Below are positions 17,826 through 28,809 of a stretch of 64,000 bases of DNA, in pieces. The DNA comes from Promethearchaeota archaeon. GTDB taxonomy: Archaea > Asgardarchaeota > Lokiarchaeia > Sigyniarchaeales > SOKP01. The stretch is taken from NCBI GenBank assembly GCA_048941015.1, contig JBHLNZ010000001.1, positions 32,001 through 96,000 of the forward strand, given 5' to 3'. Numbering within the stretch: position 1 is the stretch's first letter; each line of letters begins with the position of its first letter. A program made the translations under genes and the position numbers. The notes beneath the pieces were generated by a model. That model saw only the letters and a program-made list of their open reading frames with translations, did not search any database and was not told where the DNA came from.

Positions 17826-19316
17826 TTATGCTTTAAAATCTTTCTCTCTTAATTCTTTTTCAGCATTAATATAGATTTCATTAATTCTTTGTTGGATATT
17901 TTCTATTAATGGCATTGGTTGATGTGTTTCAAGAATATTTAATGTTATATGGATCAAATTTTCTCTGTAATCTTTTTTACCTTTTTTAATCCAAGTTTCT
18001 GGATCATCGCGATTAAAGAATTCTGGACGCCAAAGTTCTTCTCGAAAGTGTTTTAATGTATGTTTTTCTGAAAGAAATTCTCCACCTTGACCAACCTTTC
18101 GAATTATATCAATAGCAAGTTTTTCTCTATTCAATTTAAATCCATTAACAAATCTTTTAATATAACTTATAATTTCATTACACATAATAATAGAAGCCGG
18201 ATTTCCTAGTAATCCTTGTCCTAGGTATCCAATATCGTGAATCAAATTTGCACCATCAAGAGTAGCCAATAATGTTGCTACACCATGTTCAAACGCTGCT
18301 TGTTGATCAAGTGAAAATGAATCAGAGCCTACTGTAGACCACATAGGAAGATTATAATAGTGAAATAGATCAGCAAAAGCAGAATTAGCAATTCGAAATT
18401 CAGGAGCACCGTATAAAAAAGTCGATAATCTCATATCTAGTGGTACCAGAGCAAAACCAGAAATAATAGGAGCACCCTTTTTCTTAAGTTGATGTAAAAC
18501 AATACCACTTAAAGCTTCAGCATTTGCTTGAGCAATTCCTCCTGCTAAAGTTACTACTGCAGTTGCTCCCATAATATCTCCTGGAGTGTAACAAATTGGT
18601 ATACCTTTTTCAGCACAAAGAAAAAGTTTCCTAATAGCTCCATATGAATGCGATAGGGGTGCGGTTGGTTCAGAGTAATGTATAATAAAGGGCTTATATT
18701 TAAGTTGCTCTGCCCCACCAGCGATTAATTCTGCCATTTCAATAATAAATGCAAGGTCTTCTCTCCCAGCTGCAGTAAAGAAAATTGGTTTGACTGAGTT
18801 TTCCATCATAGCTTTCACACAATTGATATACATTAAATTAGTTGGAACATCAGAAGGTAATGCAAATGATGCAATGAAGTCAATATTTTGACAAAAATCA
18901 GCAATTCGAGCCGCATTTTTTACATCTTGTAATACAGATAATCTGATTTGACCTGTTTTTAAATCCTGAGTACGTATTAAGTCAGTTCCCAACCCAAAAT
19001 AATTATTGTGATTTTCTAACCTCATTGCTTCCTGTCCCTCTCTATTGTAAATAGTAATACGGGAAGGAGCACTGTGAATACTTTCTTCGACTAACCAATT
19101 TGGGATGTGTACGATATCATCATCCTCAATTGTACAACCCGCTTTTTCTAAGAGTTTTACACCTTCTTTAAGAGATACACGAACTCCAATATTTTCTAAG
19201 ATCTCCAAACTTGCTAGATGGATTTTTTTAATTTGTTTTTCTGATAAAAACCTATAATGTGGTCTACAATTTTTTTCAATTGAATCTACCATTTTATTTT
19301 TACCCTCAATTTTCAT
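17826..19316 (-). CDS. mttB: Trimethylamine methyltransferase (MttB) superfamily, non-pyrrolysine
   Basis: IHLASLEILENIGV, TLAGGIAQANAEALSG, DMR...YGAPE, GANLIHDIGYL; no in-frame amber codon. Confidence 0.9.
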   Translation of the reverse strand: MKIEGKNKMVDSIEKNCRPHYRFLSEKQIKKIHLASLEILENIGVRVSLKEGVKLLEKAGCTIEDDDIVHIPNWLVEESIHSAPSRITIYNREGQEAMRLENHNNYFGLGTDLIRTQDLKTGQIRLSVLQDVKNAARIADFCQNIDFIASFALPSDVPTNLMYINCVKAMMENSVKPIFFTAAGREDLAFIIEMAELIAGGAEQLKYKPFIIHYSEPTAPLSHSYGAIRKLFLCAEKGIPICYTPGDIMGATAVVTLAGGIAQANAEALSGIVLHQLKKKGAPIISGFALVPLDMRLSTFLYGAPEFRIANSAFADLFHYYNLPMWSTVGSDSFSLDQQAAFEHGVATLLATLDGANLIHDIGYLGQGLLGNPASIIMCNEIISYIKRFVNGFKLNREKLAIDIIRKVGQGGEFLSEKHTLKHFREELWRPEFFNRDDPETWIKKGKKDYRENLIHITLNILETHQPMPLIENIQQRINEIYINAEKELREKDFKA

Positions 19317-19335
19317 ATATTATAAATCATATATA

Positions 19336-19983
19336 TCAATTTTTTATCAAGGTTTTTACTACTTTGACAGCAACTATGGCATTTTCAGCATAACCATCAG
19401 CACCACATTCTTCAACCCATCTTTCTGTTACAGGTGCCCCCCCTAAGATTACTTTGAATTTGTCTCTAATTCTTTTATCTATAAGAAGTTCTACAACGCG
19501 TTTCTGTTTCACCATTGTTGTTGTTAAAAGAGCAGAAACCGCAATGATATCTACATCTTTTTTAATTGCTTCCTCAATAATTACTTCGGGTTGAACGTCT
19601 ACCCCTAAATCATAAACCTCAAATCCATAAGCTTTAAGCATTGTACCAACAATTGTCTTTCCTATTGAATGAATATCACCTTCTATAGTTGCGATTACTA
19701 CTTTGCCCAATACTTTCCGTGTTTCACCAGATTGAAGATGTGGTATGAGAACATCCGTGCATTCTTCCAATATTTTTCCACCCATCATCAATTCGGGCAA
19801 GAAATAATCTCCATTTTCCCATAATTCTCCTACAATTTTTATTCCTTCTCCAAATCCTCTTTCGAGAATATCTAATATATCCATCTTTTTATTAATTGCT
19901 CTTTTAGATAATTTTAATGCTTCCTCTCGGTTCAGACTTTTTATTGAATTTTTGATTTCAATTATTAAATCTTCCGTTGACAT
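19336..19983 (-). CDS. Corrinoid (B12-binding) protein, MttC-like
   Basis: GDIHSIGK, DLGVDV, SALLTTTM, GGAP, GADGY. Confidence 0.93.
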   Translation of the reverse strand: MSTEDLIIEIKNSIKSLNREEALKLSKRAINKKMDILDILERGFGEGIKIVGELWENGDYFLPELMMGGKILEECTDVLIPHLQSGETRKVLGKVVIATIEGDIHSIGKTIVGTMLKAYGFEVYDLGVDVQPEVIIEEAIKKDVDIIAVSALLTTTMVKQKRVVELLIDKRIRDKFKVILGGAPVTERWVEECGADGYAENAIVAVKVVKTLIKN

Positions 19984-19995
19984 AAACCTCTCACT

Positions 19996-21177
19996 TTATT
20001 CTTTAACTTTATTTAAAAAATTTTGATCTATATATTGAGAAATATACTCTCTTAATTTGGGATCATAACCCTTTAGAAGTGCTTTAAGTTTTAGTAATGC
20101 TTTATTTGGATTCTCATCCAACAAAGTAATTTCACAGCCGGGTCCAGGAATATATCTCCCTTCCTTTTCAATATCCCTATTTACTAATTGCATAAGGATT
20201 GATTTGCGAAATATTTCACGTTCATCATCAAGAAATAGTGCTTTATTATTAGAGTTTCCAATTAATACTTTATCTCTGATAAGTTTAGAAAATTGTTTTA
20301 ATGAAACTTCTTCATCTAAACTAAAAGCATCAACTTCTTTTAGTTTTGCAAAGGAATTGAATAACATTGTAGTATTTCCACAAGCATGAAAAATAACTGA
20401 ACTATTATTAGTTTTAATCAATTTTATTAAACTATTTAATGGATTCAGTAAATAATTCTGGAATCTAGCATTATCAAGATATATTGCATTTGGTTCTAGG
20501 ATGCAAAATACTTCAAAACCTAATTTTAATAAATATTTCGCTAGAATTTTTGAGCATTCTGTGGTGTAATCAATCCATTTTTTCAGAATTGAATTTCTAG
20601 TATTCTCATGTTTATTTTTAACAGACAGCAATAACATTTTTTCAGGACTGATTAATTGAGCCAAAAGTGATGCAGGACCAGGAATATATCCCATTAAGAG
20701 CTTATCACTTAAAATCGGGGAAGAACGAACCAATTTTACAAAGATCTCATTTTGACATAAAATTTTATCCTTTTCTAATATTGGGTACTTCATCTGATCG
20801 TTGAGTATCAGATCATGATCAAAGAATGATTTGATGGCTGTTTCTCCCGTAGGGAAATTCTTAATAACGATACCTTTACCATTAACCAATGCTACTGATT
20901 GAGCAAGGTTATTTAAATCCATAAATGTACTTATTATTGGAATAGATACATCTAAATTTTCCAATTCACCGTAAATCCATTCCAATATTTCGACTTGAAG
21001 CTCATAATCACTTCGCATCACTTTTTCAGAGTGATATTTTTCTTTTTCCCCTTTAAATTTATATATGTTGAAATTTTTTAAGATTGCTTCGATTGCAATT
21101 AGGAGAATTGTGATATTCTTCTTAAATTTTGATCGTTGATTTGCCAAATCCCTTAATGTTATCGGTTCATCCACCAT
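19996..21177 (-). CDS. UroD/MtaA-MtbA-family methylcorrinoid methyltransferase
   Basis: GPASL, FHACG (HxC Zn ligands), LIGN, PGCE; adjacent to corrinoid gene. Confidence 0.72.
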   Translation of the reverse strand: MVDEPITLRDLANQRSKFKKNITILLIAIEAILKNFNIYKFKGEKEKYHSEKVMRSDYELQVEILEWIYGELENLDVSIPIISTFMDLNNLAQSVALVNGKGIVIKNFPTGETAIKSFFDHDLILNDQMKYPILEKDKILCQNEIFVKLVRSSPILSDKLLMGYIPGPASLLAQLISPEKMLLLSVKNKHENTRNSILKKWIDYTTECSKILAKYLLKLGFEVFCILEPNAIYLDNARFQNYLLNPLNSLIKLIKTNNSSVIFHACGNTTMLFNSFAKLKEVDAFSLDEEVSLKQFSKLIRDKVLIGNSNNKALFLDDEREIFRKSILMQLVNRDIEKEGRYIPGPGCEITLLDENPNKALLKLKALLKGYDPKLREYISQYIDQNFLNKVKE

Positions 21178-21259
21178 GAAATTGCTTCTTCATATTTCTT
21201 CTATTTTTGAAAAAAATTTCTCATAGACTATGCAGTTATACTTGATATAAAAAACTAAC

Positions 21260-21556
21260 TGAATAATATTCAAAAAGCCCCTAAGAAAAATATGTATTTA
21301 CTGAATAATATTCAAATATTAATCTCTTTATAAAAAAAAATTAAAACACTTAAAATACTAAAATGCAGTCTTGATATTTATCGTGTAAAGAATGAGAATC
21401 CAATTTACACAAGGTGTTACCATAATAATCAAATCATTATATTGCATCTATCTAAATCATTTAAAAATAATTTTTATAATATTTTCTTGAACAATAAACA
21501 ATTTTTTATAAAGTTATTAAATACTTTTTGAATAATCTTCAAGAAATATTTATATA
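21260..21556. promoter_or_regulatory. Repeated palindromic operator TGAATAATATTCA (4 copies) plus BRE/TATA
   Basis: Exact at 21260-21272 and 21302-21314; variants 21488-21500 and 21529-21541; TTTATATA 21549-21556. Confidence 0.7.
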
Positions 21557-21598
21557 CCTAATTATAATCAATGTATTTGGTAAACAACTTTAGTAGTA

Positions 21599-22834
21599 GT
21601 GATTAAAATGTATGTATTAAAAGGAAGAATTATTGATGGAACGGGAAGAGATCCTATAGAAAATGGTCTTGTTGTGGTTGAAGGTAATAAAATTACAGAG
21701 GTCTGTAAACAAAATGAATTCACAATTCCTGATAAAGCAGAAATCATAGAAATTAAGGATGGTACCATAATGCCAGGCTTTATTGAACAACACGTGCATT
21801 TAGGTATAGGTTCAGTAAACCCACAAATTATGTTTGAGTATACGATACAAGAGAGGACCTGTCAAGCAATCTATGATCTCCAGAAACTAATCGAAGCGGG
21901 TTTTACGAGTGTCCGAGAACCTGGAGGTTTTGGGTATTTATTGAAAGAACCGATTGCTAAAGGACTAATAAATGGTACTAGAATTTGTTCTGCTGATGTT
22001 ATCACTCAAACTGGAGGTCACTTTGATATGTATCAAAAATATCCTACAGAATGGCTTAAACAACGTGCTAGTGGTGCGGGGCTAATTTTAGCAGATGGTA
22101 AAGAAGAAGTCCGAAAAGCCTCACGAATATCGCTCCGAAACGGATCTGAATTCCTCAAAATCTGTACAACTGGGGGAATTACATCACAAGGAGATATAAA
22201 TACAAATAGTCAATATAGTTTAGAAGAAATCAAGACCTTTGTTGAAGAAGCGGAAATGCATGATACTTATGTATCTAGTCATGCCCAAGGAACCGCAGGG
22301 ATTAAAAACGCCTTGTTGGGCGGAGTAAAAAGTATTGAACACGGAATATTTATGGACGATGAGTGTATTGAATTAATGATCGAAAAAGGAGCTTGGGTAG
22401 TCCCTACATTCACCATCTGTCAAGTTTACATGGATTTTATCAAATTAGTACCTAAATGGATAGTGCCTAAGATTGAAGCATCTTATCCAGCCCATTATGA
22501 ATCCATAAAGAAATGCTACAAGGCAGGGATTAAAATTGGCTTGGGTGCTGACCTTTTGGGTGATCCAAGGGTATGTCCATATGGAATTAATGGAAGGGAA
22601 TTCGAGAAATTAACCCAGATCGGAATGAGTCCGATGGAAGCTATTGTCGCAGGGACAAAAACGGGTGCAGAAATTATTATGCGCGAAAATGAATTGGGGA
22701 CTCTCGAACCAGGCAAGTTGGCAGATATCACCATTTGTGAAGGGAATCCTTTGGAAAAAATTAAAATTTTAGCAAAGGTCAAAAAAATCAAATTTGTTAT
22801 GATTGATGGAAAAATCAAAAAGCATATTGAATAA
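21599..22834 (+). CDS. Metal-dependent amidohydrolase (Xaa-Pro dipeptidase-like subgroup)
   Basis: MPGFIEQHVH, TGGH, SHAQG, SIEHG, GTLEPGKLADI; start probably ATG at 21608. Confidence 0.9.
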   Translation: MIKMYVLKGRIIDGTGRDPIENGLVVVEGNKITEVCKQNEFTIPDKAEIIEIKDGTIMPGFIEQHVHLGIGSVNPQIMFEYTIQERTCQAIYDLQKLIEAGFTSVREPGGFGYLLKEPIAKGLINGTRICSADVITQTGGHFDMYQKYPTEWLKQRASGAGLILADGKEEVRKASRISLRNGSEFLKICTTGGITSQGDINTNSQYSLEEIKTFVEEAEMHDTYVSSHAQGTAGIKNALLGGVKSIEHGIFMDDECIELMIEKGAWVVPTFTICQVYMDFIKLVPKWIVPKIEASYPAHYESIKKCYKAGIKIGLGADLLGDPRVCPYGINGREFEKLTQIGMSPMEAIVAGTKTGAEIIMRENELGTLEPGKLADITICEGNPLEKIKILAKVKKIKFVMIDGKIKKHIE

Positions 22835-23124
22835 CATTACTGAAGAAAAATCTTGGTTCTTTTTGGATATTCTTTGATGAATTACTTTTTAAACTTTAAT
22901 AACAATTTCTTTTTTTTTAATATTTTTTTGAATATAAAAATCATCATCATTACGTTATCAACTTTAATAATCAAAATAATTGGAAAAGAAATTGAAATAA
23001 CTAATTTAATATCGCTTAGCTCTAATGAGACAAGAGTAGAATATATAATATATATTAAATAAACATGCGTTTTGAAATTGCACTACTTTAAACATTTAAA
23101 AACAATAATTTTATTCTTTTAATT

Positions 23125-24570
23125 ATGAAAAATAAATATATATCTTGGATTGATACGAATAAAGAACGGTTAATAGAAATTAGTAATGAGATCTGGAAAT
23201 TTGCTGAAATTGGCTTAGAAGAGTACGAATCTTCGAAATTATTAATAGAAACATTAAAAGGTACTGGATTTAGAATTCAAGGCGGAGTAGCTGATATGCC
23301 AACTGCATTTGTCGCGAGTTATGGAGTTGGCAAACCGATAATAGCAATTTTAGGTGAATATGATGCGTTACCAGGGCTAAGTCAGATCGCTGAGCCCGTG
23401 AAGAAACCATTAAAGGAGGGGGCTCCAGGACACGGATGTGGTCATAATTTATTAGGAGTGGGAGCTTTAAGTGCAGTTTTAGCCGTTAAGGAGGCAATTG
23501 ATGCTGGTGACGCTAAGGGAACAATTAGATACTATGGATGTCCAGCAGAAGAAAAATTTAATAGCAAGGGCTACATGATCAAACCTGGAGGCTTATTCGA
23601 TGATGTCGATATTGCACTTACTTGGCATCCGGCTTATTTAAATGCCGTGGTTAGTATAACTGCATTAAGTTTAAACCATGTATTCTTCAAATTTAATGGC
23701 AGAACAGCACATGCATCAGTAGATCCGTTTAATGGACGAAGCGCGCTTGATGCTGTTGAATTAATGAATGTTGGTGCAAATTACATGCGGGAGCACATTA
23801 TTCCTGATGCAAGACTCCATTATGTAATAACAAATGGTGGTAAAGCGCCTAACGTTGTTCCTGATGAGGCAGAGGTTTATTATTATGTCCGAGCACCTGA
23901 AAGGTATCAAGTAGAGGAAATCTATGATCGATTAATCAAAATTGCAGAAGGCGCAGCATTAATGACTGAGACTAAATTTGAAATAGAATTTATTGGTGGA
24001 GTATATAATATAATCCATAATGAAGTGATTACTGAAGTTTTAGCAGAAAAATTGAAAGAAGCCCGTCCACCTAAATTTGATAAAGAAGAACAAGAATTTG
24101 CTAAGGAAATTAAAAAGACATTACCGCCACATTCACATCATCAATATAAAAAATTAATTCCTCCTAAATTCTTGGATTTAGCAATGCAGGTTTTGAGCCA
24201 ACCATTATGTCCCCCAATGGTATTTCCTAACCCGGGTAAGAGCGTAATATTTCCGGGATCAAGTGATCTTGGTGATATATCTTGGAATGTACCTTTAGGT
24301 CAATTTAGTACTGCCTGTCATGTAATGGGCTCACCAGACCATTCTTGGCAAAATGTAGCAACATCTGGAATGAGTATTGGGCATAAAGGAATGCTCTCGG
24401 CAGCAAAAACTCTTGCATTAACCGCTATAGAATTCATGAATAATCCCGATTTAGTTGAAAAAGCACAAAAAGAATTTAAAGAAGCTACTAAAGGTAGACC
24501 ATATAAATCCCCATTTCCAGAAAGTTATCAGATCCCCTTTGAAAGGCTTAAAAAGCATCTAAATGTTTAA
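23125..24570 (+). CDS. M20 amidohydrolase (AbgB-like)
   Basis: LGEYDALPG, GHGCGHNLLG, GCPAEE, GSSDLGD. Confidence 0.92.
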   Translation: MKNKYISWIDTNKERLIEISNEIWKFAEIGLEEYESSKLLIETLKGTGFRIQGGVADMPTAFVASYGVGKPIIAILGEYDALPGLSQIAEPVKKPLKEGAPGHGCGHNLLGVGALSAVLAVKEAIDAGDAKGTIRYYGCPAEEKFNSKGYMIKPGGLFDDVDIALTWHPAYLNAVVSITALSLNHVFFKFNGRTAHASVDPFNGRSALDAVELMNVGANYMREHIIPDARLHYVITNGGKAPNVVPDEAEVYYYVRAPERYQVEEIYDRLIKIAEGAALMTETKFEIEFIGGVYNIIHNEVITEVLAEKLKEARPPKFDKEEQEFAKEIKKTLPPHSHHQYKKLIPPKFLDLAMQVLSQPLCPPMVFPNPGKSVIFPGSSDLGDISWNVPLGQFSTACHVMGSPDHSWQNVATSGMSIGHKGMLSAAKTLALTAIEFMNNPDLVEKAQKEFKEATKGRPYKSPFPESYQIPFERLKKHLNV

Positions 24571-24597
24571 AAAGCTATTAAAAATTCAATTTTTTTT

Positions 24598-26343
24598 TCA
24601 ATCATCTAAATTATTTTTTCCTGCCTCCTCACGAAGCGCTCTTTTTAATACTTTACCTACAACGGTTAATGGTAGTTCCTCACGGAATTCCCAGATTTTC
24701 GGATTCTCATATTTAGAAAGAAATTCTGAAGCATACTTTTTTAAGTTTTTTTTTACAGTTTCTGTAGCTTGCAGACCTTCCCTTAATTTCACGACTGCTT
24801 TTACTATTTCACTTCCAGGACGATCTGGATCTGGCAAACCAATTATAGCAACTAATTCAATATCGGGATTTTTTGTCAAGAGGTCTTCCACATGAACGCT
24901 ATATACCTTAAATCCACTTACAATTAGCATATCCTTTGTCCTATCAACAATCTTAATGTATCCATCTTCATCCATTATACCTACATCCCCTGTGTGGAAC
25001 CAGCCATTTATAATGGTCTGCGCATTTGCCTCAGGTTTATTATAATATCCTCTCGTGACATTTGGACCCTTGCAAATAATCTCTCCAGCTTGTCCAAGTG
25101 GTACCTGTTCTCCTGTTTCCACATTAATGAGGCGTAAATCAACGTCTGGAACAGGTAACCCTACAGTACCTATTTTTTTCATACCTCGATATGGATTCAT
25201 TGTAATAATTGGTGATGTTTCTGTCATTCCATACACTTCAAGAAGCTTATTCTCAGCTTTCATAGCCTTTTCAAAATCTCTGATAGCTTCAGCAGGAAAA
25301 GGTGCGGCACCTGAAGCATAAATTTCAACACTTTCTAAACCTGATTCTGAAAATTCCTTCACTTTTGGACTATTTTTTATATTTAAATATAATGTAGGAA
25401 CATTTGCAACTATTCGAGGCTTTTTCTCGATCATTTCCTTAATAATATGTTTTGTATCTCGAGGGTTTGCAATTAGAACTTGACTACAAGACATAAATAA
25501 AGCTACCATAGACATTTGTAATCCTGCTAAATGAAAAAGGGGAAAGGCAGATAAAATTACCTTGCCCTCGTCTTCTTCTTTAAAATCAAGCCAATTTTTT
25601 ATTTGAATTAAATTTGCTATAATGTTAGCATGGGTGAGTTCAGTACCCTTTGGCAAGCCGGTTGTTCCACCAGTATATTGAAGCAAAGCAAGATCTTTAT
25701 CCACATCAATTGAAACATGTTTTAAATCAATCTGATTTTCCATTATGCTTTTAAAATTAAGTATAGTTTTTCCTGAATAAGGTATGACTTTTCCTTTTGG
25801 TATCTTTTTTAACAATTTACCAAGAACAACCTTGAATTTTGGGAATCCCATGTAATCAGCGATATTTGACGTAATGATGCATCTAAGATTTGGTAAATTA
25901 TCCAGTATTTTTATTAAAGCCTTATCATAGATTGCATCCAGGGTTACGAAGAATTTTGAACCGCTATCATTTATTTGATACTCTAGTTCATTAGGACTCA
26001 TGAGAGGGGAACATCCCGAAGCTACACCGCCAGCTAATAAAGTCCCAAAGTGAGCGACCAGATATTGAGGACAATTTGGTAAATTGATAGCAACACGATC
26101 TCCTTTTTGTAATCCATTCTTTTGTAAGAATGTCGCAAACCTATGAACCATCTCTCTTATTTCTTTAAATGAAATCTTCTTTTCCATGAAATAACAAGCA
26201 GGAATATCAGAATATTTTGCCATTGCATCATCAAATAGCTTCCCAAGACTTTCTTTAGGATAAATTAATTTTGGTTTAACGTGAGAATCGTAAGATTTTA
26301 TCCATATCTTTTGATCATATGGACTTAATTCTTGTTCTTGCAT
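24598..26343 (-). CDS. Long-chain-fatty-acid--CoA ligase (AMP-forming)
   Basis: YTGGTTGLPKG, YGMTE, TGD, DRTKD. Confidence 0.93.
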   Translation of the reverse strand: MQEQELSPYDQKIWIKSYDSHVKPKLIYPKESLGKLFDDAMAKYSDIPACYFMEKKISFKEIREMVHRFATFLQKNGLQKGDRVAINLPNCPQYLVAHFGTLLAGGVASGCSPLMSPNELEYQINDSGSKFFVTLDAIYDKALIKILDNLPNLRCIITSNIADYMGFPKFKVVLGKLLKKIPKGKVIPYSGKTILNFKSIMENQIDLKHVSIDVDKDLALLQYTGGTTGLPKGTELTHANIIANLIQIKNWLDFKEEDEGKVILSAFPLFHLAGLQMSMVALFMSCSQVLIANPRDTKHIIKEMIEKKPRIVANVPTLYLNIKNSPKVKEFSESGLESVEIYASGAAPFPAEAIRDFEKAMKAENKLLEVYGMTETSPIITMNPYRGMKKIGTVGLPVPDVDLRLINVETGEQVPLGQAGEIICKGPNVTRGYYNKPEANAQTIINGWFHTGDVGIMDEDGYIKIVDRTKDMLIVSGFKVYSVHVEDLLTKNPDIELVAIIGLPDPDRPGSEIVKAVVKLREGLQATETVKKNLKKYASEFLSKYENPKIWEFREELPLTVVGKVLKRALREEAGKNNLDD

Positions 26344-26472
26344 TTTTTATTTCACTTTATCGTTTTTATTATTTTTTTTAATTTATAGAATGTAAGTTTA
26401 GAATATAAATGAATATAGAAGAGTTATGTTTATGAAATTCATAACATCTCCAAATTTAATAAAATAAAGAAG

Positions 26473-26964
26473 TTATTCTGTTACATCACTTTCTGGAATT
26501 AAAGTATACTCAGATTTTAGCTGTCTAATAGAAATCATACTATTTACTTTTATGATAGGGACATCTTTTATAACATTTTGAAGCTTTACCCAATATTCAT
26601 CCTGATCTTGCGCACGAATTTTTACTATAAATTCCCATTCTCCTGTAACTACATCGACACTTTCCACGGCTTCATTACTAGCTAGCATTTTACCAAATTT
26701 ATTCCAAGAATCCAAATCTTCATAATATTTACCATCTAATTTCATTAATGCAAAAGCGCAAAACCCACGTTTTACTTTTTTATAATTAAAGACGGCTTTA
26801 TAACCAAGAATTTTACTCTGTTCTTCCAACTTCTTAATATTATAATGTATTGTTGAATTTGCTATATTTAATTTTGAAGCTAAATCCGCTATTTTAGGAC
26901 TACAACTATCAATTTTTGATAATTCAGAGATTAAAATCATTTTTTTAATTTGTTTTTCTTTCAT
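26473..26964 (-). CDS. Lrp/AsnC family transcriptional regulator
   Basis: HTH LASKLNIANSTIHYNIKKLEE, C-terminal VTGEWEF. Confidence 0.9.
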   Translation of the reverse strand: MKEKQIKKMILISELSKIDSCSPKIADLASKLNIANSTIHYNIKKLEEQSKILGYKAVFNYKKVKRGFCAFALMKLDGKYYEDLDSWNKFGKMLASNEAVESVDVVTGEWEFIVKIRAQDQDEYWVKLQNVIKDVPIIKVNSMISIRQLKSEYTLIPESDVTE

Positions 26965-27011
26965 ATTTTTTAAATATTCTTCGAAAATTAATAATTTATG
27001 GTTAATTATTT

Positions 27012-27294
27012 TGAATATACTTCAAATATTAAAAATTAATTAGAAAAAATAATATAAACATTTTTACTAAAAAGCAACGTCTTCTTTTCTAATTAGAATA
27101 TTCTAATATTTTCCTATTATTAACAGAATTAGAATAAAGAGGCTATTACTGGCAAGAAATTAGAAAGATAGTGAAGTAAATTTTGATATTAATTCTATAA
27201 TACATTCTTTAAAAATTATATTTTTCGAATAATAGACAGTTTTTTATAAAATTATTAAGCATTTTTCGAACAATATTCAAGAAATATTTATATA
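27012..27294. promoter_or_regulatory. Operator/promoter module homologous to 21488-21556
   Basis: TGAATATACTTCA 27012-27024; CGAATAATAGACA 27226; CGAACAATATTCAAGAAATATTTATATA 27267-27294. Confidence 0.65.
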
Positions 27295-27532
27295 TCATGA
27301 GATAATAACATACTTGATTTGATTATATGTTCCCAATATATATTTATGTTAAATTGAGATTAGATTAAAAAGCCTGTTTAACAATGTTTAGATTTATTTT
27401 ACATATTGTTTGTAAAACCATAAACAAATTATTGACTGATCGCCTTTTTGGTTCTTTACTATTAATAATACATTATGGAATTAGAATATCAAATTCTATA
27501 TTTTTAAAAGTTAGAATAATTCAGGGATATTT

Positions 27533-28459
27533 ATGAGCAATTATTTTGAGAAAATGGAAGAACTAAAATATATAGAGATAAATAAAGTAAATACAGACGA
27601 AAAAAACCGTATTCGTACAACTTCTGGAAATAATATTAACAGTATTAAGGATTCTATTAAAAATTTAGGTCTTTTCCACCCTATTATTATTAACAAAAAT
27701 AACAAACTTATCGCAGGTTACAGAAGATTAAAAGCATGTAAGGAACTCGGTTGGAATTTAATACCTGTTTTCATAAAAGAAAATATAAACGAATTAGAAG
27801 AAGTTAACATTGAAATTCAAGAAAATTTGCGAAGAAAAAATCTTTCTCCGTATGAAATTGATATTGCTGTTGCGAAATGGAAAAGAATTTATGAAAAAAT
27901 ATATCCGGAAACAAAATATTTAGCACATGTTAAATCGGGTAGAAGGGACTCTAAAGGACGAATTCAAAGTTTCACCCAAATGGCAGAATCTTCCTCTTGG
28001 ATAAATGAATCAAGAAATGAAGATGATGAAAATGAATCCCTAGACAAAATCAAACGATTCACTAAAATAGCTAGTGAATTAGCTAATGTGTCAGAACGTT
28101 CGATAAGAGATAGAGTCCGAGTTGGAGAAGCTATTCTATTGAAAAAATTTAATGAAAAAGAAATAGAAGATTATGAAAATGGAATTATTACTCACACTGA
28201 AATGCTTGAAAAGGAAAAAAAAAGGCGTAAAAATAATAAGAAGGGAAAAAGAAAAAAAGGTTATAATAATAATTCTAAACCCTCTAACACCTTTGGAAAT
28301 AATCTTATTGAATTTGATAAATATAGATTTTGTAATGACTGTAAAAATGCAGTTTTTTCGTGCTGTCCTGAATGTGGTAAGCAAATAATAATATGCGATA
28401 AAGGTTATTTAATTTTAAAAGGTAAATGCTCAGAGATATGTGAAAAATTTGTTCAATAA
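27533..28459 (+). CDS. ParB/Srx N-terminal domain protein with HTH and C-terminal 8-Cys region
   Basis: SIKNLGLFHPII, LIAGYRRLKAC, ENLRRKNLS; ASELANVSERSI HTH; CNDC..CCPEC..C..C..C. Confidence 0.85.
   Translation: MSNYFEKMEELKYIEINKVNTDEKNRIRTTSGNNINSIKDSIKNLGLFHPIIINKNNKLIAGYRRLKACKELGWNLIPVFIKENINELEEVNIEIQENLRRKNLSPYEIDIAVAKWKRIYEKIYPETKYLAHVKSGRRDSKGRIQSFTQMAESSSWINESRNEDDENESLDKIKRFTKIASELANVSERSIRDRVRVGEAILLKKFNEKEIEDYENGIITHTEMLEKEKKRRKNNKKGKRKKGYNNNSKPSNTFGNNLIEFDKYRFCNDCKNAVFSCCPECGKQIIICDKGYLILKGKCSEICEKFVQ
27944..28004. repeat. Imperfect palindrome within the ParB-like gene, with an inverted copy at 32332-32392
   Basis: 29-bp exact reverse-complement match (27976-28004 vs 32332-32360); 53/61 over the extended match. 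Confidence 0.8.
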
Positions 28460-28809
28460 AAAAGCCTAGATCTTATTCTTGATTAAATTACATTTTTTCT
28501 CCCAAAGAAGATCTTGAATTCGAGGTTTGAATTGGTATAATAAAATCTAAATTCTTAATTTAATTGAATTCTATTATGTTTTTCTTTAATATTTTCCTGA
28601 ATCTAAAGAAAGGATTATGGATGCTCATGATATCATCGATTTTATCACCACATTACTTTAAAATTTCGTAGTGCTGTATTTAGATTTCTTATTCTTTTCC
28701 TTAGAGAAACCATTCAATAAAGCATAGTTTGAAGATAAATTTTTAAATATCTCAATATGTCTCATTAAATCATATTTAAAACTTATGAAAGAACTAGTAG
28801 GTAATCTAA

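Noticed and set aside
17826-19316. Pyrrolysine-containing MttB
   Set aside because: The frame is open for 496 codons with no internal TAG
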